Shown one piece after another: positions 20,845 to 32,677 of a stretch of 64,000 bases of DNA (its first letter is position 1; every line of letters starts with the position of its first letter). The notes beneath the pieces are model-generated. The model saw only the letters and a list, made by a program, of their open reading frames with translations. It was not told the DNA's origin and made no database searches. Both the position numbers and the translations under genes were made by a program. Origin of the DNA: Rebecca billardiae RCC1528 (taxonomy: Eukaryota; Protista; Haptophyta); assembly GCA_965240325.2 (NCBI GenBank), contig OZ251230.1:1054001-1118000 (forward strand), written 5' to 3'.

Positions 20845-21859
20845 GACCATCGGCATCGGCGCGGCGTGGGTGGTCGACGCGGGGCGTGACGCCCGCCCTC
20901 GTCAAAGAGGACGGCGATTAGCTGCGCTTCGTCCGAGTTCCGTACCGACGAGAGCCGGTCACCACGTTCCGAGCGGTTCGGGGAGTGGGACACGACTCAC
21001 GAGTCAGTGAGACAGTGACGAGGACCCTGCGTGCGCCACTCGATCGCCGGTAGCTAGGCTTCGTCGGTAAATTATCGGTGCTACTGCTGGCAGCAGTAGC
21101 CTGCAGCGCGCCGCGCGGGCTACTCACTGGCTCGGGCACGCCAGTCGCCGCCAGCTTAGTCGGACATTCCTAGCGGTGGCAGACGTGGCAGTGGCCGCAG
21201 CCGCAGGGCCCGCGGCCGCCGGGCTGCACTCCGGTCCGTAGCCACTCGAGTGAGTCTCGACGGCCAGCGAAGTTGAAACGGAGTCATCACGCGCACTGAT
21301 GACACTGTCACTGGGCTAGCGGCTCTAAGTCTAGCCTGCTCTAGGGCACTCTCTAGTCAGCCTACTTAGTTAGGTAGCTGCTAGCCGACTACCTTAACCT
21401 GACGGTACCGCAGCCGCCTGATGATTGACACTGATGAGTCGTCAATAATTAATAATTATTATTCGGACATCAGGACGCCGAGGGCGACAGAGTGAGTGTG
21501 ACAGACTACTGAGTACTGACAGTGACAGAGACTCGACTACCGTTGAAACTACCGAGAGGCGAGACTCCCCCGCCGAGTGACGAGTCGTTACTCTCAGTCT
21601 CGCCCTGATCATCATCATAATTGGGACCGCGACTGAGTAGCGCTATATAGCATAGCCGTACGACTTGTCGACTACGTACGCCGGTGCCCGGTCGGTACGG
21701 ACTACGCGCCCGCGGTTCACCGACTCACTGCCCGCAGCGGCCAGCGGGCGACCGTCACCGGCCCGGTCGGTCCGTGACCGTCACTCGGACCGACTGACTT
21801 GAATCTTGATCGGAGTTTCAACCCGGTTTCGGGCGTTCATGGGCACAGTTTCGGCTTTC

Positions 21860-22960
21860 ACGGATATCCCCCTGCAACAGATAGGACTTAGTCCTATGCC
21901 ATAGGACAAGATCACCAGAGCGCCAGCGCCTCAGTTCTGCGCGTACGATCATCGGTGTGGCTATATCGTACACACAACTCAACGGGCTATTGACACACAC
22001 CGTCTCCGCCTGCCGCCACTGCTACAGCGATCGGGCGCGCGCGCGCGTACGCGCGCGCGCGCGCGCTCGGTTGTGGGACAACCGGCCGCCAGGGACGGCC
22101 CCACAACCAGCACATGACAGCGTCAGTTGCTCGCCCCTGGCAGCCGAGCGGCGACCCTGGGCACGGACGGCGCCGGCGAGTGCTCGCACCGGATGCCCGC
22201 GCTGCCGCCCGCACCGCCGCCCACGCCGCCAGGCGCGTTGCTGCCCGTGGCACACCGATTCTGGGGCGGGGCGAAGAGAGGGCAACCGCCATCGTGCGTG
22301 CGGCCACGGACTTCCCACGATGGTGGCGGCCGTCCTTGTGGACCACGAGCCCACGAATCCAAGAGCGTGCGGGTCGAGCGTCGCGTAAATCGACTGCGGC
22401 ACACGCATGGCGTGTCTACAGGTGCGATACCATCCACGCACGCGACATGGCAAGATGTTCCGGCTACCTCCGAGGCTTGCTCTACATGCGCGCCGATGCT
22501 CGATCGCAACCACCTGACGACGCGAGCGACCCGCAGCGGCTTGCGCGCGCAGCCCCGGCGTGACGTACAATGCCATGCTTGGCGAAGACCAAAACGCATT
22601 GTGGATGAACCTCATACGACTCCGGTCTAACACAGTGAACCACGATGTGTGAGCATCAAGCTGGGTGTCATCTACAAGTGCCACATGGCGGTCGGCGTTG
22701 CCGCCGTGGAGTCGCAAGGCGGCAACGACCGCGACGGCTTCACGCGCTCCATCCGTGGAGCCCAAAACATGCGGTGGTGGTCGAAAATCACAACAAGCTC
22801 GCTCTGGCGGATGGTGGCGACACTGCTACCGACCCCTAGGCGCAGTCGTACCATTCGGCAATATGAGAAAATGTCGTCTACTGAGTCGTCCCTGTGGCTG
22901 TCCTGTGGCATAGGACCCAGTCCTATGGCACAGGCCACAGGACAGCAGTGGGATATCCGT
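21860..22960. mobile_element. About 1.1 kb TIR-bounded degenerate element carrying an integrase-like remnant
   Basis: Left acggatatccccctgc...ataggacttagtcctatgccataggaca is an inverted match to right tgtcctgtggcataggacccagtcctat...gcagtgggatatccgt. An internal frameshifted PWSPKHAVVVENHNK/SLWRMVATLL resembles the rve integrase Glu motif. Confidence 0.6.
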
Positions 22961-23397
22961 TCAGACCGCGTCCGGCGGCTCCCGGCGCGGGATCAGACTC
23001 ACTACAGTAGTCACAGTCATGGCGCGTCGCGGCCGCCGCCGGTCCGGCCGGTCCGGCCGGTCCGCTATTAATTCGGCAATATCAGCCTGGATAATGAGGC
23101 GCGAGTTCGGAATACTCCGAGATGGCCGCCTGGGCGACGAATTGGTGATCCGACCACTGGCTCCACCTTGTTCCGGCCTCCACCGGCGCCGGGCCAACAC
23201 TGCCGCGGATCAGCCCGAAGTCGATCGACAAATGATGCGAGCTGTAGCCTCCTCGCGACAAGGCAGCCTGAGACGGAGAGGCCCCGATTGTCCGAAGGCG
23301 ACGAAGCAGCCCGGCGACAAGCGCTTCGTCGTGAGCCCAAAGAAACACCGCATGGAGCGCGCACGAGTTTCACCGGTGTGCTGGTGCCGCCAGAGAT

Positions 23398-23781
23398 TCA
23401 TTTCCTGGACTGCACCATGATAATGTGCCATCCCCACTGCGTGTGCACAGGCTCCCTCAAGTACTGCCCCTCAGGGCACAGCAGCGCAGCTTCCCAGAAG
23501 ATCGGGTCGAGCTCATCTCGCCGCTTCCACCCCAGCAGACCCGACCGCCCCGCCTTGTCGATGGAGTACTCGCGGGCTGCTTCGTTGAAGCTCTTCTGAC
23601 CGGTGTTGACCTGCTCGAGCACCTCGAGCGCCAGCTTCTGCTTCTCGACGAGAATGTGCCGGATCTCCATTGCAGCAACGCCCTTTGTCGGCGCGACTGG
23701 CTCTGCTGCCTTGCCCTTGCCCTTGCCCTTGCCGGCCCCACCGTCATTTCCGTCACCTTTGCCACCCTTGTCACGACCCAT
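23398..23781 (-). CDS. PIN4: Parvulin-type peptidyl-prolyl isomerase Par14/PIN4
   Basis: Lys/Gly-rich N-terminus, IRHILVEKQ, FNEAAREYSIDKAGRSGLLGW, PVHTQWGWHIIMV. Confidence 0.93.
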   Translation of the reverse strand: MGRDKGGKGDGNDGGAGKGKGKGKAAEPVAPTKGVAAMEIRHILVEKQKLALEVLEQVNTGQKSFNEAAREYSIDKAGRSGLLGWKRRDELDPIFWEAALLCPEGQYLREPVHTQWGWHIIMVQSRK

Positions 23782-23962
23782 GGGTGTCAGCAGTACTCGA
23801 GCGCTTGTCGACGCAGCCGCAGCACGGCCGTGGCTGCTCGTCCACCAAGATCTCGTCCACCACCCTGTTGATCTTGATCAAGCCGCACCCACAACGGGCG
23901 GGCGCGGCACTTCACTGACTTCAGTACCCATACTTACGTACCCCCATACTCAGAAAACCACG

Positions 23963-24301
23963 ATGGCGGCCCGTTCGCGCAGCTTCTCACTGGGCGCACG
24001 GCTGAGCACGCTTCGAGCGGTCTCATGCGCGCCTTCCTCGCCAGGCGTGGTGGTCAGGGCTTTGGCGACGAGCTCAACGGACCTAAAGGATCGGCTGGAG
24101 CAGCAGACACTCGCTGATGTGCGCTCCAGGCTCCGCGTCGATCAGGGCTCAGAGCGAGCCGCCGAAGCAGACGAGCCATGGGATGACGACGTGGCAGAAG
24201 GCGACGCAGAGGCTGGCCACGAAGTCGGTGGACCGAAAGGCCTCGAACCGACGAGATTTGGCGACTGGGAACGCAAAGGTAGGTGCACGGACTTCGCGTG
24301 A
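23963..24301 (+). CDS. SDHAF4: Succinate dehydrogenase assembly factor 4 (DUF1674)
   Basis: Mitochondrial-type presequence MAARSRSFSLGARL and C-terminal EVGGPKGLEPTRFGDWERKGRCTDF. Confidence 0.92.
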   Translation: MAARSRSFSLGARLSTLRAVSCAPSSPGVVVRALATSSTDLKDRLEQQTLADVRSRLRVDQGSERAAEADEPWDDDVAEGDAEAGHEVGGPKGLEPTRFGDWERKGRCTDFA

Positions 24302-24642
24302 CACGCAGTGAAGCGACGCCATCACGTTGACGTGAGGACGTCGTCAAGTGGCGGCTCCATCATCGTCAACTCGCGGCAGCTGCATGACGCAGGCATGTGG
24401 TGACCCGATGGCTCTCTTGCAGCGGGACCGAAGAGTCAGGGACTACCGGGATTTTCCGTCATCCGGCCGCAGGATGCTCGGAGTCGGACCGCGTCACAGG
24501 GTCGGCGTGGCAAGGCACGGGGCCTCCTCCGGTCGGCCGCCTGGCCGATCGTCCGTCAGACTCGGGATCAATGAAAAATATTTTAAAGTGCTAAACTTAT
24601 TTTAAAACGTCTGACCGATCAGCCTCACTGCCACCCGCAAGT

Positions 24643-24685
24643 ATCTCGCCTGCCTGAGCTGTTAGTGCGTCTCTTATTCTTCGTA
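24643..24685 (+). repeat. Repeat family A, short 3'-terminal copy
   Basis: atctcgcctgcctgagctgttagtgcgtctcttattcttcgta matches 1259-1310. Confidence 0.75.
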
Positions 24686-25099
24686 GCATCAAGCACTGCA
24701 TCAGTGCAGCAGCCCGCCCGGGCGGGCCGGGCTGCGACATCGAATACCACCTCATCTGCTTCATCGCCCAGAGCGCGCTAGGCGGCGCGCTCACTCTCCA
24801 AGCCCCTCTTGTGCAGCTGCGCGCCGCTTGGCCGGCGTGCGGCGACGCGTACTACGACCTCATCCTCATCCAGGCGCCCACGCGGGCGCACGGGGGCGAC
24901 AGCCGCGGCTGCCGCTTGCCGGAGCTGCTCGCCGCTAGGTCGGCGGGCGGCGACATCGACTACGACCTCACCCTCATCCAAGTGCTCCGGAAGGCGCTCG
25001 GCCGCGGCGGCATCTGCCGTCGCCGCCGCGTGCCCCAGGCCGAGGGGCGGTGCTCCATCCCGGCCCCGCTCCCGTAGGGGGGCAGGGCTGCGGGTGGCG

Positions 25100-25186
25100 C
25101 ACTGTCTGACCTGGACGGAAGGCGCGGACGCATTCTATGTGTCTGTTGCACTCTGAGCCTGACGTTTGTCCGATGCTGCCACGTCG

Positions 25187-25238
<52 letters not shown>
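25100..25238 (+). repeat. Repeat family B 3' end followed by a (TA)n tail
   Basis: gacctggacggaaggcgcggacgcattctatg...ctctgagcctgacg...ccacgtcgtta(ta)n. Reverse-complement copies occur at about 35410, 41059 and 57180. Confidence 0.75.
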
Positions 25239-25240
<2 letters not shown>

Positions 25241-25950
25241 TATTTAATTAATACTAAGCTATCACTATAATAAAGCGGCCTATTCGTTCGCCGCGGCGGC
25301 GCCGCGGCCCTAAAAATCGCCGCGGCACGGCCACGCAGTCTGACTGTGACGGCGGCCCGCCGCACCAGCAGTACAGTCGGGGCTTCTGATGACTATTGAC
25401 TCGTCCGCGACAGTCCCTGATAGTGAGTGAAGGCCGAGTCTCCGCGTCTCCGGCGTCTGCCTGAGTCTGAGAGTCGTCACTGAGTCGGACGGCGAAAGTC
25501 TGCTTTAGAACCAGCAGACGTACAGTCTCATGGCTTCCGATGCTGCCCGGCACTGCGCCCCGCAGCGCCCGGCGAGTCGGTCCGCAGACGGGACCGCGTA
25601 GTACAGGTACTACTAGTACGGCGCTGCCGGTATTGCGGCGCCGCGGGAATGCGGCCCGAGGCGAGTGGCCAGCTAAGCTATACGGTCGTATTAATATTTC
25701 GGTGTCGAACCGACGGCGACGGTTGTCAATCATCAATGATCTCGGAGCCCGCGTCGCAGTACGATTCAGTGTGTTATTGACCCGTCGACCGCGCTGACCA
25801 GTCGTCTCGAATGCGTGCACCACTCGGAGAGGAGGGCGGTGAGGTGCGTCTAGTCATAGAGAGCAAGAGCTCGCTCACACATGTTGAAGAGGAGCTTGCA
25901 GGCTCTTGCAGATCCGGTGCCCTGTGCAAGGCCGATGTGAGCATCGTCAA

Positions 25951-26301
25951 TCAACACCATTTGCGGTGCTGCATGAGGAGGCCAACGCCGGTCATCGCGT
26001 CGAGCACTTTGCCGCTGCGCGTGAGATGGATGGTATCGCGCGAGGGAGTTAAGTGCCCCGGTACTATGCGCCCACCGTCTGCTCGCCTGCCAGCATCGTC
26101 CGAATGGCCGGCCAGCGATAGGGCACGATGTGACTCGGAGCAGTACGGTGCGTCGTTCAGCAGGAAGACGGGCGCGTCCGAGTTGAGATATTCGCCGCAG
26201 TGGTGGCAGCAGTGCATGCGAGTCTCTGGTCTGTCGTCTCCATAGGGGTCGGTGCTCGCCCTTGGGCGGGAGATTTGTGGCTTCAATTGCATCGTCGTCA
26301 T
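25951..26301 (-). CDS. Small protein with an FCS-like (FLZ/DUF581-type) zinc finger
   Basis: CHHC-X17-YCSESHR follows the FLZ pattern CX2CX17-19FCSX2C, with a terminal Cys-to-His change. Confidence 0.55.
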   Translation of the reverse strand: MTTMQLKPQISRPRASTDPYGDDRPETRMHCCHHCGEYLNSDAPVFLLNDAPYCSESHRALSLAGHSDDAGRRADGGRIVPGHLTPSRDTIHLTRSGKVLDAMTGVGLLMQHRKWC

Positions 26302-26759
26302 GGCCTGCGCCCACGGCCTGCGCCCACGGCCGCGCCGTCGACTAGCTGCCCCGTCCGCTTGCAGTGGCGGCCGGTGACAACGTCACGTTCGGTGGCTGGG
26401 ATGATAGTTCGGCGTCGCTCCTGAGAAGCTCTTGGCTTGGGACTTGCACCACATAATAACGGCCAGCTGGTCGAAAAGATTGAGTTTGGTGCGTTGCAAG
26501 CGACCGAAATCGCGATACTATGGTCTGAGTTTGGATCAGTGCCGAGTGCCGAATCAACCATTCGTCATAAAGTACTGGCGCGGCAACCTGCCACCGTGAG
26601 TGAGCCTTACGCACGTTAAAACAAATAAACTGTATCTGATGAGGCGCGGGCTATAGTATCGTAGTAACGAATCGGTACGGTATAGTGGCGTCGATGCAAC
26701 GTGACCACCGCTGTGGTGCTCGTGTCCTGCTCCAGCCCACGCTTGTGCCCAATGTGCGC

Positions 26760-27240
26760 ACCACTCCCAAGGCGCGTCATGGCAGCCAGCTTGTGCACAG
26801 CGCACCGGCTGGCGCGTGCGTCGTTCGGCATGCCGAACGAAGGCACCTTGGTGCAGCCCGCGTGATCACACTTGTGGCTCTTCACGTCGAACATGCCGGC
26901 CAGCTTGTGCGCAGCGCACCGGCTGGCGCCGGAGGGAGGCTGCTTGGTGCAGCCGACGTGATCACACTTGGGCTCACCACATTGACCATGCCGGCCAGCT
27001 TGTGCGCAGCGCACCGGCTGGCACCGGCTGGCGCGCGCGTCACCTGCCATGCCAAACGACGGCCCCTTGGTGCAGCCCTCGTGAACACACTGGCGGCTCT
27101 TCACGCCGACCATGCCGGCCAGCTTGTGCGCAGCGCACCGGCTGGCGCGGTCACCTGCCATGCCAAACGAAGGCCCCTTGGTGCAGCCGACGTGATCACA
27201 CTTGCGAGCGGCTCTTCACGTTGACCATGCCGGCTAGCTT
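26760..27240 (-). pseudogene. EsV-1-7-type cysteine-rich repeat gene fragment, frameshifted
   Basis: About 4 tandem units CDHxGCTKxPSFGMxGDxRASRCAAHKLAGMVxVKS. The frame is disrupted by small insertions, e.g. an exact 10-bp duplication at 27011-27030. Confidence 0.8.
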
Positions 27241-27486
27241 TTGGGGCTGATGTAGGGGCTGCTGAAGAAAATTCGGCCGCCATTGTTCCGGTGAGCCTCC
27301 AAAAGTTTAGTGGCGGCCGACGGGCCGAGCCGTAGAGCTGAGCCGCGTGAGTGCAGGCCGGTGGCAAGCGCCCCTCGCGTGGGGAGCGCCTGGGAGCGCG
27401 GCGCGCCGCAGCGAGCACTGCTGGCATCCGTGAGTGAGATGGTTGGCTTGCCCACGCGCAAGGCGGCCACCGATGCAGCGAGAGAG

Positions 27487-28286
27487 ATGAGCACGGCCGG
27501 TAGCCAGCTCGCCAGCCGCAATGCAATCAACTGGGACAATTACAACTACCCGCCGTTGCTGCATCTGGTGCACTTTGACCTCGAAGAGCTGGAGTCTGTG
27601 CCCAAGCTGATCGTGCGGTGGTGCAATTGGAGCTACAAGCTTCTCGTCGTCTGTCTCTTCACGAATTGTGCGAGCTGCTCCCGCCTGGTTGCCGTGCTTG
27701 ACACATGCATGACGCGCGCCTGCTGCCTTGCCCTCCCTCCAACATACGCTGCGCGCTGTGCGATGGCAGTTGTTACCAACCTCGTGCTCGCGATTGCGAA
27801 CGTCAAGCTCAAGTACTTGCATGTGGTATATGCCTTCTTCAGTGCGCGCTCGCGCCGCGCTGGCGCACCGACCTGACTCAAACGTGCCGTGCTGAAGCGC
27901 CACGCATCCCTCGGCCGCCTGCCACTGTGCGTGCAGATTTGGTCATCGGCGCAAGCGTTGGTTTCTACGCGTTCTTCTCCGGGTACAAAGGTGTGGCAAT
28001 CGCCAGCTCCAGTATGATGCATCGGTACATGGCGATGCAGGGCGCCCTGATCGTGCTCGAGTTCGCCTTCTCCATCATGGCTGCCGCCAACTTCAACGGC
28101 TGGATGCGCATCGACCAGATCAGCTCCGCCCCGACCAAGGAGCTCAAACTCTACTGGCTGGCGGCCACTTTCATCGAGAGTGTGCTGTGGACCATCACGT
28201 ACATCGTAGGCGGCGTCGCGCTGTACCACGTCATCGTTGTACGTGCACTCCGCCCACGCCATGCCGGCCGCCGCCGCCCCCGCTGA
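27487..28286 (+). CDS. SCAMP-like four-TM membrane trafficking protein (introns 27668-27769 and 27842-27936)
   Basis: NYPPLLHLVHFDL N-terminal motif, four hydrophobic segments, YKGV, FNGW. GT-AG introns join the frames. The 3' end is uncertain. Confidence 0.75.
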
Positions 28287-28964
28287 CACTCGCGTTGCAC
28301 TCGCCGGCCCTGCGTGCCGCCCGCGACAACGCAGCTGGACAGGAATGGCCCCATGGCCTTCTCTGGTGCCCGCAGGGCAGTGAAGACGCTTCGAGACACG
28401 GCCAGAAATCCACAAGGAGGTGTGTCCCTGAGCAGGCTGTGACTCCGTGCGCGTCGGCATGCCTCTGGCTCACTGAGGAGTGCTAAGCGGGCTCGTCCAG
28501 CTCTCTGGAATACGATTACCAGTAAGCTACCGCAGCAAGTGCAGCACTCCTAAGATGAGATCTATATATTCACTATGATTTATCATGATTCGTCTCCAAT
28601 CCGCAATCGTTCTAACTGGCTGGTAGGAACGATATTGGTACTCAGCGATCGATAGCCGGCGCCGCGGTTAAATAAGTCGTCGATCGGACACGGAGTTACT
28701 GGCCAGACTGTCATAACTACGTCCGAGTTCTTAAAGAGTGTCCGATGCACCGCACGTGTCACTGCCGCACCCGCGTCCGCCGTCGCGGTCGCTGTCTGTG
28801 TGCCGAGTGCGGACGGTGTGTGCGAATCATCATTCATCAAGCCTCGACGGGCGCGTCGGCCAACCCGTCCGGGGCGGCCATATATCACAAGATGCCCACT
28901 TGGCCACTTTGACCGTTTCGCCCGTTCATCGGCCAGTGGCCGACTACGACGACTATCGATAATA

Positions 28965-29065
28965 AATGCATATATATATATATATGAAGGATGACGATAT
29001 ATATATATATATATATGTCGACAATAAATTCATATATATAAAAAGGATGACGATATATATATATT
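28965..29065. repeat. AT-rich duplicated unit with (TA)n
   Basis: ataaat(g/t)catatatata...aaggatgacgatatatatata occurs twice. Confidence 0.8.
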
Positions 29066-30462
29066 AATTAAATATCCATGCTATGTTACTATATATTATT
29101 TATTTTCGGCGCAATATTATTCACCCGACTCGGGCAGAACGTATGGTCGAGGTTGGGGTCGACTCTGTATGGGCATGATCTCGTCGCAGAAGCTGCTTGC
29201 AGCCGACTACTGTGCTGCGGCAGCCACCGCTCGTCCGCTCGCCGCGAGGCTGCCGCAGTCGCCGCGTCGGCAGACGATGGCGCTGCTGGCAGTGCAAGCG
29301 CGAGCCGTGGCAGAAGTAGGGGTTGTGGGCGCGGGCGTGGGCGTGGCCGCGGGTGCGGGTGCGGCCGCTGACTCGCCCTCGGAGTCTCACCGGGCTCGCC
29401 GCCTGCACCTCAGTGCGTCCTTTATTTACTCGCCCGGCCGGCGCGCAGATGGCTACAATCGACATAGTAGTCTGAATTAATCTGATCAGATTATTAACAC
29501 ACACACACACACCTGCCACGCTCGGTCAGAGACCGCCACTGGGGCTCAACAAGTCCGCACCAGTTGGGTCGGCCGAGCCCCGGGGCCGCCCTCTCGGACT
29601 ACGACCATGCAGAGTCGGACAGTGGCAGCCCGCGCGGCGTGCGCACGCGGCCACGCGGCGGCGCCGTGGCCGTGCCGTCCGGCGCGGCGGCCTCCGGCCG
29701 TCCGGCGGCCGGACGGCCATCGGCCAATACCCATCGGCCAGAGATGGCTGGTCGACCGCTATCCATCGGCCATGGCCGCCTAGCGGCCAATATTATCATC
29801 GGTCCGCATGGCCCGGGCCATATACTGTAGTTTATTTAGGCGGCTTCGGATGCGCACGTATATATAGTGCCGCGCGGCCTCGGCGCGATGTGACCATCAT
29901 CACCAATCTGCCAGCATGGCTGCTCACCTGCTGCCCGCCGGGGTGGCGCTCTGTCACCGTCACACTGCTGACATGGCCGACCGCACTCTCCTCAGGCACA
30001 CGGACGCCACCGAGGCACAGACGGCACCCCCGCACCGGCGGTGGGCAGCCGAATAAGACGAAAAGGTGCCTAGGGAGTCGAGTAGCGATGGTGTGCGTAC
30101 CATGCGCATCGGCTCCTTTCCCGCCGACGCGTCGCTCGCCTTGTCAGACAAACGCGCGCTGCTGCCCAGCTCGTGCCCCGCATAACCCCATCCTTGCAGG
30201 CGCGTTCGCGCGGGGAAGCTAGACATGACACGATCATTGCCGGCCAGCCATTTCTGGGCGATCATCTGTCTGCTCCTGTCCTGTTGTAGCCGCGATCATC
30301 GCCAGCAGAGCGTGGTGGCAAGGCTGTCCCAGCATGATTCGACCCCGCCGGGTCGACTCGGTAGGGCTCGTCGTGAAGAAGGCCAATTCCCAGGCGCATA
30401 GTCGCTGCTGCGCGGCGCGGCGATATTTCAAGGCGCGGTGCGCGGGAGTGCAGATCAGTCAG

Positions 30463-31876
30463 TCAGCACAGCAATCGCCACCGAACGAGCTGCAGCGCAT
30501 GTGCGCAGGCGAGGGCAGCGCGGCTCTCACCACGCGCATCGATGTCGCAAGTGGATCCCTCGAATCCACCGCCGTGTGCCGGCTGCGTCGCGCCGCCGAT
30601 CTGTGCGAGCGATGGCCCACTGCCTGTGGCGTTCGCGGGGTGCGCATACAGGTGGGCGTACGGGCCGCACTGTACCGCCGCCAGCTGCTCGGGCGCATAG
30701 TAGGCGGCGCCGCCGGGTTGCGTGAAGGGACTTGTGTCCTGCGTACGGTACAGTGCGCCAAACTGGCGGCAAAGCGTAGCATCGAGCTCGAGTGCCGCCG
30801 CTACCTGTGCGTCGCGTGTACTCAAATTTTCCTGCCTCGGCTGCCTCGGCTGCTGCGCCGCCCCTCTCCCTCCTCCGCGCCTGCGGCCACCTGTGGACCT
30901 TGTCCGGCAGCTCGTTTGCGCGGAGGGGCGCGGGGCGCCATTCGCCAGCCCTGGCAGAAGATCGGGGTCCCACCCGGCGCACTGCACTGCCCCCGCCCCC
31001 GCCCCCGTTAGGTCTTGCAACCCGGCGCCGGGGCCCATCGCTCCGTGCGCGCTCGGCGTGCCGACCCCTCGCTGCTGCTGCGCGGGCATGTGGTGCCGCT
31101 CCTGCGGCACGGCGCGCTTGACCTCAATGCGCTTGCCGCACAGCTCGTGAACGACGTCCGGCTCGCAGATGCGATCCACACTGCTGGCGTTCTGGAACGT
31201 GACGAAGCCGAAGCCGCGCGGCCGGTGCGTGTGGTGGTCGAACATGACGACCGAGTCCGTCACAGGCCCCCAGGTCTGATCAAAGTAGCTGAAGAAGGCT
31301 TCCTCTGTCGTGTCGTGCGACAGCCCGCCGACGAAAACCTTCCGCACCGCAAAGGCAGGCTTTGGCGGGGACGCGCGCTGCCTGCTGCTGCGAGGCACGG
31401 CAGGCTTTGCCTCCACCTCCTTGGCGTCGATCACGTGGCGCAAGGTGCTCACATGGTCGGCGACCTCCTGCTGCTCGTAGCGCACAAAGCCAAACCCGCG
31501 CGGATGCTGCGTCAGGCGATCGCGCATGACGATGCAGTCGACCACGGTGCCAAACTGCTCGAAATAGGATTGCAATGAATCTACGAGCGCATGGGCGCGC
31601 GTTTGCAGGGGACCCCAGCCTCCGTCAGCGCGGCAGGGCGCAGTGGGCGGCAGGCGCGGCCGCGCAGCGCAAACACACCAGTCGTCGTCTCCTTTGACAG
31701 CCCACCAACGAAGAGTTTGCCCCTGCGGGCGCAGGATTCGGCGGAGGGCACGCGCAGGGCATGCACGCGGCTCATGCCGCGCGGTAGCCGCCAGCACCTA
31801 CGCGTGTACGCGTGGCAGCGCACCTCGCGGCGTCACCATCGCCCTCGTCGTCGTCACTGTCGCGGGGCTCCTGCAT
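30463..31876 (-). CDS. Two-RRM RNA-binding protein, hnRNP A/Musashi/DAZAP1-like (introns 31723-31823 and 31581-31678)
   Basis: GKLFVGGLSKETT, MRDRLTQHPRGFGFV, KEVEAKPAVPR, KVFVGGLS, RPRGFGFVTF, KRIEVKRAVP. The 3' exon structure is uncertain. Confidence 0.88.
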
Positions 31877-32070
31877 TTCTCGACCCGTAGAAAGTCAGGG
31901 GAGCCCGGAGAGGAAGGGCCGTCGATGAGAGGTTTCAGGCGAGAAATAACGCGCGGGAGTTGTAAGCGAGCGAATCGTCTTCAACGGCGTGGAGAGCTAA
32001 GTGGCGGCTCATCAGTAGGGATTTTGTCGTTGACGGCAACCCTATTCAGGGTGTGCTTCCATCATCACTC

Positions 32071-32677
32071 GGGCCACAGTTGGTTGGTAGGGTCGGAACC
32101 ACTTTTATGATTGACCCCTCTTTAGGCTACGAATTTTGGATGTCTTGAGAATTCTCATCGCGTTCAAGATCGGACGTGATTGGGGCAGATACTACAAAAA
32201 ATGGCGAGATATAGTCTACGACCGATGCTCGCATCATTCACAATCCTGCGACCTGCGAGGCATGAATAAGCATTCCGAACCGCAACGGCTCTTCCTGTAC
32301 ACGTCTCTATTCACAGACATGCTATGACACAGCTCGCTGATACATGTTCGTCTATACTAGTGGGGTCCAACACTAGGCCTGCGTCCCATCCACACACTAC
32401 TAGAATGCACTCACCGGCTCATCCTACACTGCGCACTGTAAAGCGCGTGTGCGAGAATCCGACACGACGACGACACGTGGTGCGCACCATCGCATGTCCC
32501 CTCGGCGCGACTTCACTCCCAGATAACCACCTGACCATGCACGGCGACGTGATGATCGGCACAACCCACGCCGCCGGCGAGCACGAGACCCAGCTCAAAC
32601 ATGCCGGCGCTCCTGCACGGGCCACAGTTTATTTGTTTTAACGTTGGTTGGTAGGGTCGGAACCACTTTTATGATTG
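32071..32677 (+). repeat. Direct repeats of family C (32071-32113 and 32618-32677)
   Basis: gggccacagtt...ggttggtagggtcggaaccacttttatgattg occurs twice. acagtttatttgttttaacgt also appears inverted at 26613-26633. Confidence 0.75.
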
